From the human T2T-CHM13v2.0 reference genome, Homo sapiens, in the NCBI RefSeq assembly GCF_009914755.1, contig NC_060933.1: 64,000 nucleotides of DNA; one strand, 5' to 3'. Positions 1-14,469 of this stretch are shown here, piece after piece (within the stretch, counting starts at the first letter, position 1; every line of letters begins with the position of its first letter). Made by a program: the position numbers and the translations under genes. Under the pieces are notes generated by a model that had not been told where the DNA came from, did no database searches, and saw nothing but the letters and a program-made list of their open reading frames with translations.

Positions 1-829
1 AAATTATTATTTTCGATGACTGTATAATATTCCTTATGGTGTTTCTACCAGTTGAAGTATTCTTTTTTTGTTTGGATGTTTGGACTGCTTCCACATTTTC
101 CCTATGGTAGATGATGTTGCAGAGAACATCTTGCCTGGTCATTTTTCTCCTCCTTTTTTATTATTTCCCAACAATTTCAAAGAAGCAGGATGACTGGGTT
201 AAAGGGCACAATGTTTTCATGGCTTTAGTAACTGTTGTGGGGCTTGAATCTCGTTATCTTGGTCAGTTATTTGGCTCCAGCTTTTGTCTCTATGCTGATC
301 TTAAATGAGTACAAAGGCCACTGATAAGACCGGGTCAGCCAGACAGAGCCAGGCTCATGGCAGGGTAGGCAGAATGCTGCAGTGCGGTGCACCCCACTCT
401 CGCTTGTGTAAATATTTTTCTGGGCAGGAGCGTTTCTCAAACAGAACTCTGAGCCCACTGCGGTGAACCTGATAGCAGGAATTACGTGCTATTTGTCAAG
501 TATAAGACTAGTTTGCAGTGACTGGTCTGGCTAGAACCCACCTGGTGTTTTCTGAGATCATCTGTAAGGAAACACACAGCACAGCAGAGGCAGTGTGCGC
601 CCGTGGTGGTGAGTCTTAGACCTGTCATCTGTGTTAGCATTACCCCGAAGGCAGAGAGTTTGCTGATTAGAAACTATGGCTGCTTTAATTCATGGGTACC
701 CTCCGTGACTTTTCAGGGTCTCCTGGTTGAATGAATTTGCAGAAGGATTAAAATGTGTGTTCTTATTTGTGCTTTGTATTCTCCCATAAGTAGTGTGTTG
801 GAGGCTATTAGAATAGCTGAGAGGGTAAA

Positions 830-902
830 ACATAAACACATACGTAGGAGCCTGACATAAACACATAGGTAGGAGCCTGCCATAAGCACGTAGGTAAGAA
901 CT
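830..902. repeat. 25-bp tandem repeat, about 3 copies
   Basis: acataaacacata(c/g)gtaggagcctg x2 plus a degenerate third copy. Confidence 0.85.
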
Positions 903-3900
903 AAAAGGGTGTGTTTCCATTTCAGTTGTCCAGCCTTCCTTCCATACTCTCAGATGACAAAACACAAGTTGCTGAGCTCACACAGCTAATGACTAAGCCA
1001 GAAGTTGGACATGGAGAACATTTTTCCTTTGTTCAAGGTTATTTATTATGTTGACATTTAAAATCAGAAGTGTGATATCTGTGAAGTTCTGATTAAACAG
1101 ATCAAGTGAAAAGGATGTATTTCAGAAAACTGCATAAAACCCTAAAGTACAGTGTTTAAAAATAAAACGTCCTCCCTGATAGGGATTATGTTGGTAAGTT
1201 ACTTTTTTTCTTAGTATGGATTATTTCAAATTAATAAACATATTGTTATTCCTTTATTTATTGCATCATACAGCTTCATCCTAGTATTAGTGTGTTTAAT
1301 AATTGCATTTAATTAGATTATGCATTTCAACTTTCAATGAAACTGTAGCTGTTAGTCTTTTGAAGGCTAATTTCACGCTGAAATTTATAGATGAAATAAT
1401 TTTCTTATAGTGGTGGTGTTTGAGAAGATAATGTAACTACTTCTTAGATTTCAATTTCATAACCCTTAAAATGTTGGGACCACCTACAAATGGGGGACAC
1501 CCTGGGTTTTGAAGTCTTGCCTGTGTGGTTAATCAGAACCTCAGAATTCACCCAGCCCCCGGAGAGGTTTTGAAAAGCCCCTCGCTCATCAGAGCTTGCT
1601 TGTTTCATAAACTCTTAAGGCTTTGTTTTAACCTGTAGCCAGCTTCGCCTTATAAGCTTTCTTGCTCCAAGCCTTGAGCCAGTCATAATGGCTTAAGCAT
1701 CAGATTTCAGACAGGCGATTAGCTCTCCAGCTAAGCCAAGAAAGGATGATTTATCTTCCAGTGAGTACCAGCCTATTTGAGTGTAGGAAGGAGAAAAATC
1801 TGTGCTCCTGCTCCTGGGTACTGGGCAAAGAAACCCTTTGGTTGGGGATTTTTGCCTGGTACCAACTTTATAGGTGCCAACAAGAAAGAAAGAAAAAAAC
1901 ACATACAAAATAAACACCCAACAGGGAGATTCGCTGTGTTAAGAACTCGAGCTGTTGCTATTATTCTAAGAGACTGGGTAGCCAGTCAAAGGGTTAAAAC
2001 AGCCCTTCCTACAAGGATTTGAAAACTCTGTGCTCTGCTCTTCCTCAGCAGACTTCTCGTTGTGAGTATTGGCATTTATTTCTGATTATGCACTTCCCCT
2101 CTTTCTTGAATGAGTTGGGTGGGCTAGCTGAGCCCATCAAAGGTATAGCTCATTTGCTTCCTTTTCCAGGGTTTGCCTTCTTCCTGTGTCTGGGATAATT
2201 TTCAGTTCATCTCCTTTGTGCAGTTTCTGAGAAAGGTTTGTATGGGCTTAGAGGAAAATGATCGTGACTAAAGCTCACAGTCACCGCTTTGGCTCCTTTT
2301 CTATAAAAGGTGGTTTGATTTGATCTGGCATGAAAAATATTATCATAATTCTCAAATTCACAGAAACGATAAGTTCTTGCTCTTTCCTGACCAAAAAAAA
2401 AAATTAATTGCATTGGGTAGACTTCTCTAATAAAACCTTTAAGGAGACCCATCCAGGAAATCAGATTTTATAAGATTCATTCAAACAGTTGTAGAAATTC
2501 TAAGTTCAAAAACCAAAAGCAGACTCTTTTCTTTTTCCTTCCTTGGCTTCTCTGTTGGATATTTTTGGAGTGAGCCTTAACTGAGTTACTCATTTCCACA
2601 TGCTTTAGGAAAAGTATGCTCATGTTTTACAGGCTAAGCCTGGTTCTGCTTTTGAGCTGCAGTTCATTATGAATCCGGAAAACACAGGTTTTTGAAATGC
2701 GGCCCATTTGTACATATAGCATTAGTCATCTCAGCTGGTAGTTCTATACGATGAGTTATCTCACCACTTAAAAATAAGTACGCTGCTATTTTGAGATTTA
2801 AAAATATATATAGTGACCAGATTTCTTACCCTAGTTAAAGCAAGCCATGGCTGAAACTCAGATTAAACAATATTCTATAAAAATGAGAAGGCCACTCTAA
2901 TCAACAGATAGAAAAACAGAACTATAGACATAAGGGAGAGCTGTGCTAAGGGACAAATTGTTGGATTTGTAGGATTTGTTCGTATCCTGAAAGTTAAATC
3001 TTTGTACTCTTACCTTGTTTATGGCCAGATTTGCCTGATCCCTGATTTCCCTCCCAACTGGATCAGAGGTTGTGGAATTGGAATTTCACCATACAAACCT
3101 TTACTTAAAGGAGGTAGTACTAGAGTAACCATTTATGGGAACAGTTTGCTACTAATAGTTACTAGTACTGAGTTTATTTTAGTTCCTTTTTCATGATTTT
3201 ATTCCATTGGAAAAGTTTTCTCTCAGGGATCTTTTCTACTTTGGACATGATCTCTGTTAGGCAGAATCAAAAGATAGCTGTGTGGCTTTCTGAATTTAGT
3301 CTCAAAATATTTGGTTTAGTTGATAAATCCCATCCATCAGCTTTGCAAATAATTTTGTGAAAACATTGATTCAGCTTGTCCTGCCCAGTTTTCCCATCCC
3401 TGCCCAGTTTACTGAGTGCCTTTTCCATTTGCATCCACTGTCCATTAGGCCAAGGCGTTTGAAGTGTTTCTGTACAGCAGGTACATTTAAGACTCTCCAG
3501 GAAGAAAGGGGGAAGAATATTCCAAACTGAAAACATCAAAGAGAGAGATGGGGTATTTCCAGTAACTTATATGCCCAGTGCTTAATATCTTAAAAACCCT
3601 ACTCATGTGCATCAGCTCTTACTTTTTTCTAACTAAAACCAGAAAAAAGTTCTCTATTCCTCTGTTCTCAGTATCCCCCTCATGTAAGTCTGTCTACCCA
3701 ACACGGTGCAGCCGATTTATTTATTTTTCCCTCAGCATTTTTAGGTGGATTGACTGGGATGCTTTATTCAACTCAGGGACGCACCACGAATATGTTTTTT
3801 GGGGCAACCCGTTTGGCATGTTCCCCCTCAGCTGTGAGGACAAAGACTGGTTTGTCTTCTTGTGACCTGGCAGAGGAGGCAGAAGTACCTGCTGAGCTTA

Positions 3901-5815
3901 TGCAGCATGTACCCCAACCGGTGCCCCACCTCTTCAAGTGGTGAATCAGCCTGATGATACACTGATTTTTAGAACACGCTAGGGTGGAGACCTGGAAGTC
4001 TGTACACTGGTCGGGGAGGGAGGGATGGTTTGCATGTCAAACCATTTCAACAATGCAGCTTACAGGAAAAAAAAATTAATTGCAAAACACTGTGATGCCC
4101 TTTGCCACCAGATTTTTCCATTAGCACCACACTTTATACAGCTTCCAAGTCTGCCCCAGGGACAACTGTTTGGCAGTGTGAGGGGAAATGGCAGCATCAC
4201 GTCATAAGTGCAATGATTGTTACCTATGAGCCTATCCGATAAGGGATCTGAGTGGGCCCAAGCATCACACACGTGCTGGAGCTGAGTGTTCTCTGAGGAA
4301 CATGCTAGGATGTTACTTGGGTGCTAGAAAACAGCAGCTGGAATTCACAACACCTCAGGACACTGATTGTAAATGAAGAATCCTGAGACTAAACATCTTC
4401 TAGAAAGGTAAAGGGGGCTTAGGGCTGGGGGCTTTTCCTCTGGGCTCTTATCCTTTGGTATGTTGTCCCTGGATGCTTTGAGATGAGACTTTGCAGATAC
4501 TGCTGAATTTCTTTTCTTTTCTTTTCTTTTTTTTTAATACTGCTGCATTTCAATTGGGGTGTTGTTTGGGGACTACTGGAAGGAATGTTATGAAACTCCA
4601 TAGAAATACTTCAATTCAGTGAGTTCATTCATTCAGTGGCTCACTTTTAAATGACCATACAGATGTATTTGGCAGAATACATCTTTGCCATTTTCTTTCT
4701 TTGTGTAATGGACCAGCCCCGAGGCTGCGAGCATTGGTCCTTCTTTGCCTTTTTCGCCCTGCTTTGTGGTTTTGTGTATGTAAGGATGGCTGGCAAGATT
4801 AAGGATCATTGAGCTTTGTATTTGCTGTTATTTTTCTGTCTCCCCAAACATTTTCACTTTCACAAACTTTAATCTCTAACTATTATTCCCTTATCTTAAC
4901 TCTGAACTTTTGTTTTGGACTTATTTTGTCTGAAATCATGGTCTATTTCCGTTTCTTCAGTTCTTGTGTCTGTAAAAATCACAGTAGGCCTTACCGGAGG
5001 TCCATGACTACAGGTACTCAGAGACCAGCTGTATCCAAAGAGTTGTGTAAGATAGGGGCATCTGCTCCCTCCCAGTGCTGTTTCCCAGCCCCACCCTGCC
5101 CTGTTCCCCAGTTAGTGTCTTTGCTTTCTTGACCTGGATATCTTTCCCATATCTATTAATATAAGCCCTTCTTATCCTTCAAGTCTTGCTGCCTCTCTTA
5201 CCTCTCCCAACAGGCATTCTCAGATACTCCCAATGGGAGTTCCTCTCTTCCTCTTCTTTATTCCTTTTATTCTGTTATTATTCTATTATTATTTCTATTA
5301 AATAATTGCCATCAGTTGCTTTTAATTAAGAGTTACGGTTGTGTGCGTCACTAATCTTATAAACTTGAGTGTTTTAAGAGGCAAGAATCATGTCATCTTC
5401 TTCGTATGCCCAACAATGCCTTGCTTAGTAGTCCTTGTAGAGTCAACAGATTCAATGTTCAACCAGCAAATATTTGCAGAGCACCTACTTTGTGCTGGCA
5501 TGATGCTGGGCATATAATACAGGTCAAAAATCAGGCCCAGCACCTGCCTAAGAATTTGTGGGCCTGAGCCCTGCCAGTTGCCAATCTGATGTGCTATATT
5601 CTTTGCAGTTTTCTTCCAGCCTTTTCCCGTAAGTTCCCAGTTGGTCGCTCTGTGAATTCATGTGTGACACTTCACCTGGGTGTGTTTCCTGGGTGAACAG
5701 ATGGCTTTTACTGTGTCACACACACACTCTTGCGTTCTGCCTCCTCTCGTGAAAGTTGTAGTTATCTGCTTTCTCTCCCTCACTTGCTCTAAGGCAGGCT
5801 TAAGATGGTGTTGTT

Positions 5816-6103
5816 GCTGGGTGTGGTGGCTCATGCTTGTAATCCCAACACTTTGGGAGGCCAAGGCAGGCAGATCAGTTGAAGTCAGGAGTTTGAGATC
5901 TGCCTGGCCAACGGGGTGAAACCCCGTCTCTACTAAAAATACAAAAATTAGCTGGGCGTCGCAGCGGGCACCTGTAATCCCAACTACTTGGGAGGCTGAG
6001 GCAGGAAAATAGCTTGAACCCGAGAGGTGGAGGTCGCAGTGAGCCGAGATCTGCACTTCAGCCTGAGCGACAGAGCGAGACTCTGTCTCAAAAAAAAAAA
6101 AAA
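5816..6103 (+). mobile_element. AluS
   Basis: Dimeric Alu with poly(A). Confidence 0.95.
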
Positions 6104-7367
6104 GAGTGAGAAAGAAAGATGGTATTGTCTGTTAAGTGCCTTGGGTTCCAGAGAGAGGTGACCAGGTATGTTGTGGCTGTCTTAAGGGGAAGATTATTGT
6201 CAGGGGCCATTTGGAAAGTTCTTCCTGGCTGCCATGGCCTTTCATTGCTTTTTGTGGCATGTTAGCAGCACAACCAGATAGGGAGGAGGTGGTACTCCAG
6301 TTGGTTCCTTTTGTCTCAGGCTTATTCTCTGGTGCAGCTTGGTGGGCTGGTTGCAACCGTAGGTAAGAACCTGAGCTGGTAGCCCCTGGGGGTATGGCTG
6401 GCTGGCCTGCTTTCCTTCTTTCCCACTGTTTTCTTGGGAAGGTCTCTACAGACCTCACCTCTTTTAGGTGTGAGGAGATAAATAGTGCTTATTATCCCTT
6501 ATTTACAGCCTTCATAGAGTCTTTGTAGTAATCTAAGTTAAGGTCTTAATGTTCTTATTTAGTTCTGTGTCCCCCCAATTCATTTGGTATTGGCTTTTCT
6601 TAATGCTGATTTCAAATCTTGGATGAAAATATATTATGAGACCATCTCTTCTTTAGATGTGACAAAGGTAATAACCATGGGGCAATCCAGACTGTGAAGA
6701 AAGCCTAAGGTGTAGAAAGCCCATGCGACACTAGTTTTAAGCCTTCACATGTGTTTGGGGAAATGCATTTGTTGAATAAAGGATAAGAAGACAGAAGACT
6801 TTTTATTTTTCTTGTCTTTTAAGGTAGGATCATCAGATAGCATCGTCTTCCTAAAGTCACTCTCCTGACAAGAATCAGACCCCTCTGCCGGGGCACACCC
6901 TCCTCATGTGGAAGGCAGGGTGGCCTCTCCTTGGAAAATCTCCCCTCATGTTAAGTCTTCTGAGCGGATCCTGCTAATCCAGGCATGTAAAGGAGGAGTC
7001 CTCATCCAAGACCCAACATGGTGCACACCTCACAGGAGGAGGAATGGAAAAGCAGGCACCTTTGCTGGACTTCCCTTTAATCCCCTAAATCCTGTCACAC
7101 CCTAAGACTATGAAAGAGATGGGTGGAGAAGAGCCTTGGTGCTGTGGAAAGGGCCATACCCACTTTCTCCCTCATTGCAGCTCACAGTGTAGGTCTCACA
7201 CCCATCCCAAGCACCTAAGGGGAGGGGTCGGTTAAAGCAGCACAATACAGTATTTGAACTCTTCAGGGGTTTGGGGAAGTCCAATATAACAGAAATAACC
7301 CAGGCCCTCAGCGTGGGGTAGCAGAGCATCCTCCTTTCACTCTGTCTCTTTCTAAGGCAAATACTCA

Positions 7368-7819
<452 letters not shown>

Positions 7820-8917
7820 GGCTACAAGAGAGAATGTCCCTAGTTTATGGCTTTTCAGTACCAAAATAGTATGCATTCAGCAGTAGAGTAAGCAGTAGCA
7901 GTAGAATAGCAGCATGCTTATGCATGACATAAGCTTCATCTGTAAAAGGCCGAAGTAATCATACCTTGCTGTAGGGTTGTTGTGAGGATTAAATGAGTTC
8001 GTGTATGTATAAGGCACCTGCAGCAGTGGAGTCCAGAAGAATTGTGCACAGTGGGTGGTGGGGAAAGATGGGGGCAGGGAACATTGGGGGAGGAAAGTAA
8101 ATTCAATGGATGTCAGGAAATAGGCATCTTGACCTGTCCACAGTGTAATTCAGGCCACCACTCACTACTTAATTTAACTTTGTTCTTATCTCTAGACTAA
8201 TGGAGCAGGCTCTCTGGGGGAAAAGTGTTGCTGCAGTAATCCTGTTAAGTGTAAGAACTGAAGGTTCAGGTTGAAGTCTCAAAGTTCCAAAGCCACCATC
8301 CCAGGGATAAAGACTGTGCTGGTATACTCTCAGCCAGCCTGGTACCACAGAAGGCTTTTGTCTCCAGCAGGTTCCTTTTCTCACTGGGCGTCACCTTTTC
8401 TGGCTACTCTCCGCCTGTCAGAGGCCAAGCCTTGAGTATATCTTCATCTTCCCACATCTTACTTGGCTTCTTTCTTTGTATGTATATTGAAAGAGTAAAG
8501 GCAGATAGGTGTGTGTTTCTCTCTTCAGTGGGAACCTTTGTGACTGATGGTTTCCAGGCAGAAGAGGTTCAAATTTTTAATTGTTTCCCTTCCCAACCCT
8601 TGTCATCGTCTGATAAAGGACTAGGCATTTATTTGCATACAATGACTTTTTCTGGTGGACCTCACCTTCACAGAAGCACAGAGGCAAACACCCATAGGGT
8701 CAGATACAAGCTACTTTAGCAAAATGATTGACTTTGACTGCTTTATGTAATCTAAACTCTTACCAGAACACAATATTTATGAATGTAGCAGATTTTTTTT
8801 TTGCAGGATCAAGAAACACTACATTCAGTACTTTATTCGTTTAACTTTTAAGAACAAGTCTTTTGATAGTTTTAAAATTGTATGTGTGTGTGTGTGTATA
8901 TATATATATTTATTTAT

Positions 8918-9412
8918 TATTATTTTTTTTAATAGAGACAAGGTCTCACTATTTTGCTTAGGCTGGTCTCAAACTCCTGAGCTCAAGTGATCCTCCTGCC
9001 TTGGCCTCCCAAAGTGCTAGGATTGCGGGCATGAGCCACTGCACCCAGCCGATATTAAATCTTAGTTTGGAATATAATAATGTAACTAAATAATACCAGA
9101 ATTTTTTTCTTTTTTTTTTTTTTTTTTGAGACCAGAGTCTCACTCTGTCACCCAGGCTGGAGTACAGTAGCATGATCATAGCTCACTGCAGCCTCAACCT
9201 CCCAGGCTCAAGTAATCCTCCCAGTCTCAGCTCCCGAGAAACTGAGACTACAGGGGCAAGCCAGCACACCTAGCTAATTTTTTTTTTTTTTTTTGGTAGA
9301 GACAGAGTGTCACTGTGTCATCCAGGCTGGTCTCAAACTCCTGGGCTCAAGTAATCCTCCTTCCTCAGCTTGCCAAAGAATTGGGATTACACGCATGAGC
9401 CACCATGCCCGC
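8918..9412 (-). mobile_element. Alu monomer (about 8918-9050) plus AluJ (about 9102-9412)
   Basis: Antisense Alu consensus, poly(T) heads. Confidence 0.9.
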
Positions 9413-10173
9413 CAAAAAGGGTTCTTTTAAATGCCTTCTTCACCTTTGTCTAAGTACATTGGGTAAATGTGGCACTAGTTGAACAAGATTTACTGAATTT
9501 TATCACAGGGCAGGCAGGCAAAGCCAGTTCTAAACAATAAAACAGAGATCAACAAAGATGACGGATGACTCTAAATAGCCTGCTTTGTAAAATTCAAAAC
9601 AGGGGACAGCTGTGTAGAGAGAGGCACAGTTTTATAAGAATTCACTGGACCTGCCTAGTTTGGCTCATCTTGGTGCCTGCACATGCCCTGCCTTATTCCA
9701 TTTACTTTCCTTCTGTCTCATCTCCTACTGGTGACCACAGTTACTGATGGGAGACCTTAAAGGTGATTATCTTTGAGACACATACTTTCCTGTGTGAAGA
9801 CACAAAGATTAAACTCTATAAGACCATGGCACTTATTTGGGCTTGGTTTATACCAAATAAACCAACAGATTAAAAAATAACAAACTAAAAACAAAGTTTC
9901 AAGTGCCAGGTATTTTGAAATAGCAGATCCAAATAATTTCATATTACTTTACACAACAAGACCTCCATTAGTAAGAGATTTGGGTTAGATTTTTTCTTCC
10001 TTTTTTTTTTTTTTTACTTTAAACTTTATTGAGCTGTTTTACATACCATAGAATTCACCCATTTTAAGTGTATGGTTTGATAAGTTTTAGTATATGTGGA
10101 CAGTTGTATATCCACAATCCAGTTTTAGAACATACCCATAACACTAAAAATTCTCTTGAGGTTTATGTTATCA

Positions 10174-10500
<327 letters not shown>

Positions 10501-13500
10501 GAACTTTTTTTTTTTTGAGGTAATGAATTTAAATCATTAGGGGAACATACCATTCTTACTAACTTTTTGAAACAAAAACAAAGGTTGCTCGAAGATGTTA
10601 TGAATAAAATGTTTAAGAGTATGAGGGTACAGAGCAAGGGAAGGAGGCTTGGGCCTATGGTTTACGAATGGTGATTGTTTTTAGCCTTCTAATTATATGT
10701 TGCATTAAATAAGAAGAAACCAAAAAGGAACCACTTGCCTCCATTCCAGCCTCGGTTCAGCATAAAACTCAATCATTTCCTTCACAAGCCAGCTGCTGTG
10801 CTATAGCTCAAATTGTAACAGAGAGCCTTTCTCTGCAGTGGAGGGTTAGGGAAAGAGGGAGTAAGTCAGCACAAACAATGAGGAAACATTTGCTGCCTTT
10901 CTGATTTCTTCCTAGAATTAACAGGCTTACAGCTGCATTTCTAGGTCAGCATTTCATATGCCTGAAGAGTATGAGGATAGTTTGAAAAATCAGAAGGAAG
11001 ATGAGAGAGGGCTTTGCCTCTTTTTTAAGATCTTGCTAGCAGTTTTGTTTGTTGGTAATTTTTGCTGTCTCACTGACGCCAAGAGTCCTGGAATTAAACC
11101 CCGTGGCCAGCAGGCTGTTAGTTCGTCAGGAAATTCCAAATGGGTATAAATAAATTCTCTGCAACAGCTCCTGGGCTCTTTGCCTGCTAATGTGTGGAGT
11201 CCCTTTAATGCTGAGGGAAGTTTGCCTGAGACCTGGCTTCCTGCTCGCTGAAAATCACAGTTATTTTGTTTCTGGGTGGGTAAGTAAGAATGCCCACAAA
11301 AGAAAGAGAGGAGGAGAGCATGATGTTTGGGTGGGGGTTGGTGAAATATAAACTCGAGCTCTGTGTGTTGTGAAAAAGATTTGCTTTTACTTCAAGCTAG
11401 AAAGAATAACCCAGTACTTGATTTTTGGTCCAGTGAAAATTTCAGCTTTACCTATGGCTTTAACATAAAGATGTCATTGTTGCAGGAGTGAATGGTTGTA
11501 CATATATATATGCTAAGATTTGAGTTTTTGAGTTTAAGGTTTAGTTCAATTCAATAATTTCCTTTTTTGTTGCTAAATCCATCTTTGGGTATTTGTTTTC
11601 AGCTCTGTTTTTCCAATAGGGAGTTGCTCAATATTCATTAAAGCTGGCTTCTTGTATAAACACTATAAAACAAAATAAGGACAGGGATTCATACAAATAC
11701 TAGCTTTCCACTACCACCCCACCTCCCCCTGGCCAAAAAACTGTAATGTTTTGTTAGAAAAGCCTGTTTTATCCCTAAGTTAGCCAGTGCTCCTTTTCTG
11801 CTTTTCACAGAATTACTCTCTGAACTGGCACATTTCTTTTTTACGCTTAGAACAGCATGTTACTTTTGAAGAAAGTTTGGAAAATAACAGTCCAAGCTCA
11901 TTCTCTTCTGTGCATGCATGATTGATTTGGGCTGTATTTCAGCAATAACTTTTAAAATGAGACAGTGGACATTAGAGAGCAGCATAGTTGGGGTTGCACT
12001 TAGGAGCCCATGGCATTTTGGCTGTTTTGAGACAGATTTGGGGTAAAGAGTTGCTGCATCTTGTAGTTGGCACTGAACACTGGAGAAGAGGGCCACTGTA
12101 TAAACCGCAAGGCCCCTGTTACCATCACATGCCTCCCTAGCACAATGTGCCCTTTATTAAGACAGGCCGTTCCACTACTGAGAATAGTAACCCTTTCCGC
12201 TGTCTTCCCCTCACTCTTACGTGCAGCCTGGCTTCTGGCCTCTTAACCCATGCCCAGAGTAGAATTGGCAATACCCAGGAGGGACACTGCACTGGGGATT
12301 GTTAGGTCATGCCAGTTACGATGCAGCTGGAAAGGTGCTGCTGAGTGGGACGTGCAGAGGGGAAGACTGCAGGCTCTGTCTGCCTGAGCTCATCTGGTCT
12401 GACACCTGCCGTGATTCATTTTTCTTCATGCCATGTTAAGAAATTTTGTATCAAGTCTAGTCGACAGTTACTCATAGCCTGGAAGCAACTTTGGAAATCA
12501 GAGTTCCACTGACCCCCCTCATTTTAAGGGTATGAATCACATCACTGCATTGTATGATTCCAGGGCTCTCTTGCCCATGGCTCGTCCATGAACTAGGAAG
12601 TGATCATAGTTCCTGTTCTTGTTTTATGAAAACAAAAGTATACCTTCCCCCAACCTAGGCAGGCCATTCAGGACGACTACCCTGGAGGTGCTCTGGGTGG
12701 CTTAAAGCACCGTCTTTGCACAGTGTGTTAGAGAGCACTGTGCCCTGAGGACTTCGGGAGAGCTGCAGAATGAGTGTTCAGAATAGTCGGCACTCACCTT
12801 TGTCCTCATGTTGTGAGATGGAGATATTTTAACCTGGCCATAATATGCTTTAAAAGTTGGGGGGTGTTTGTCTGCTTTTGCTTTTATTTCCTTCCTGTGC
12901 TGGACTGGGACTCCCCCTTATCTAACTGGTACATACCACTCTGCCCAAGCAGTGCGTGTGCACACTTGAACACATCCCCTACAGCTCCCTGCTGGCATCT
13001 CCTTCATACACTCTTAAGAAGAAGAAACCAATGTAGAACTCAAGATTTTAGCAGACTTACTTGGTCTTGAACAAGTATCACAAATACCTTAAACCCTGAC
13101 TTCATGGGGGTGGGGGCAAGGTATAGAGGAGGAAGGGTTCTGGATCCTCTCTGGGGGGCCAGGGTTGTGTTCTTCTCCAGACAACAGAGGGTGATCCAGT
13201 ACCACTAGTAGTGACAATAGAACCCACCCATTGTTCTAAGTGACAACACACTGATGCAGGTACTATTATTTTCTCAAACAATTGGAATATAGTCTAATTT
13301 GCCGACAGCTGCAAAGCAGCAGAGCCAGGATTCAAACCCAGGCAGTCTGGCCCCAGAGTGCCTGCTTCAAATCACTACATCTCTTCCTCTCTTATACTTA
13401 TTCATCAGTAGATGCCTAGATGTGGGGCTTTACACTTCAGCAGATACTAAGAGGGCCATGTACCAAGCGCCAAGTACTGAGGAATACAAACATAAATACT

Positions 13501-13507
13501 GCTTGAG

Positions 13508-13824
<317 letters not shown>

Positions 13825-14159
13825 TTAGAGTCTGGTAGAGAAACACAGGCATGTGCTTGCTAACTGTAACACAGTTCCGCGTATATAGGCAAAGTGACTT
13901 AGGAAACAAGAGGGAAGAAGGGGACCAGTTATTCCCAGGACAGAGCAGTTGAGGGTAAGTAGGGCTTTACAAAAATGAGGTATCTGGGTTGGGCCCTTTA
14001 GGACAATGCAGCTGATTTTGACAGATGGGAGAGTGTGGGGAAGGGTGTGCTGGGTAGAGGGGATAGAATGAGCAAAGATAGATAAGCTTGAAAATTTCTC
14101 AGTACGTTGAGGTTTGGGGTGGGGAGGAACCTGGGAGGTGCTGGATTGGGGCTAAATTG

Positions 14160-14273
14160 TTGACATTTCGTGCCACAGAGAAGAGCTTTTAGGCTTTCTT
14201 CTTTAAAGTGGAGCTCCTGGCACATCACTTTGCAAGGATAGTGATTGAGAAGTTGTAGACGTTTCCAGGAATA
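14160..14273 (+). repeat. 114-bp local direct duplication, copy 1
   Basis: 108/114 identical to 14872-14985 with no gaps. Confidence 0.95.
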
Positions 14274-14469
14274 CCTGAAACAAATGTAAAATTTCTCAAA
14301 TAATATGTAATACAGGAAAGCAAAGCCATCTGCCCCTGAAAACAGGCTGCATATTTGCAGTATGAGTAACAGCAGAGTCTGGGCTGTGCTCCCTAGTGGC
14401 AGGCTGACTGCACTCGTGCACCCTAAGGACATTGATGCACAGATGAAGAAAGGAAAGACAGAAATAAAA

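Noticed and set aside
3578-3944. ORFs 3578-3865 and 3750-3944 as an alternative coding first exon
   Set aside because: No convincing phase-1 donor linking them to 28110 and no recognisable homology
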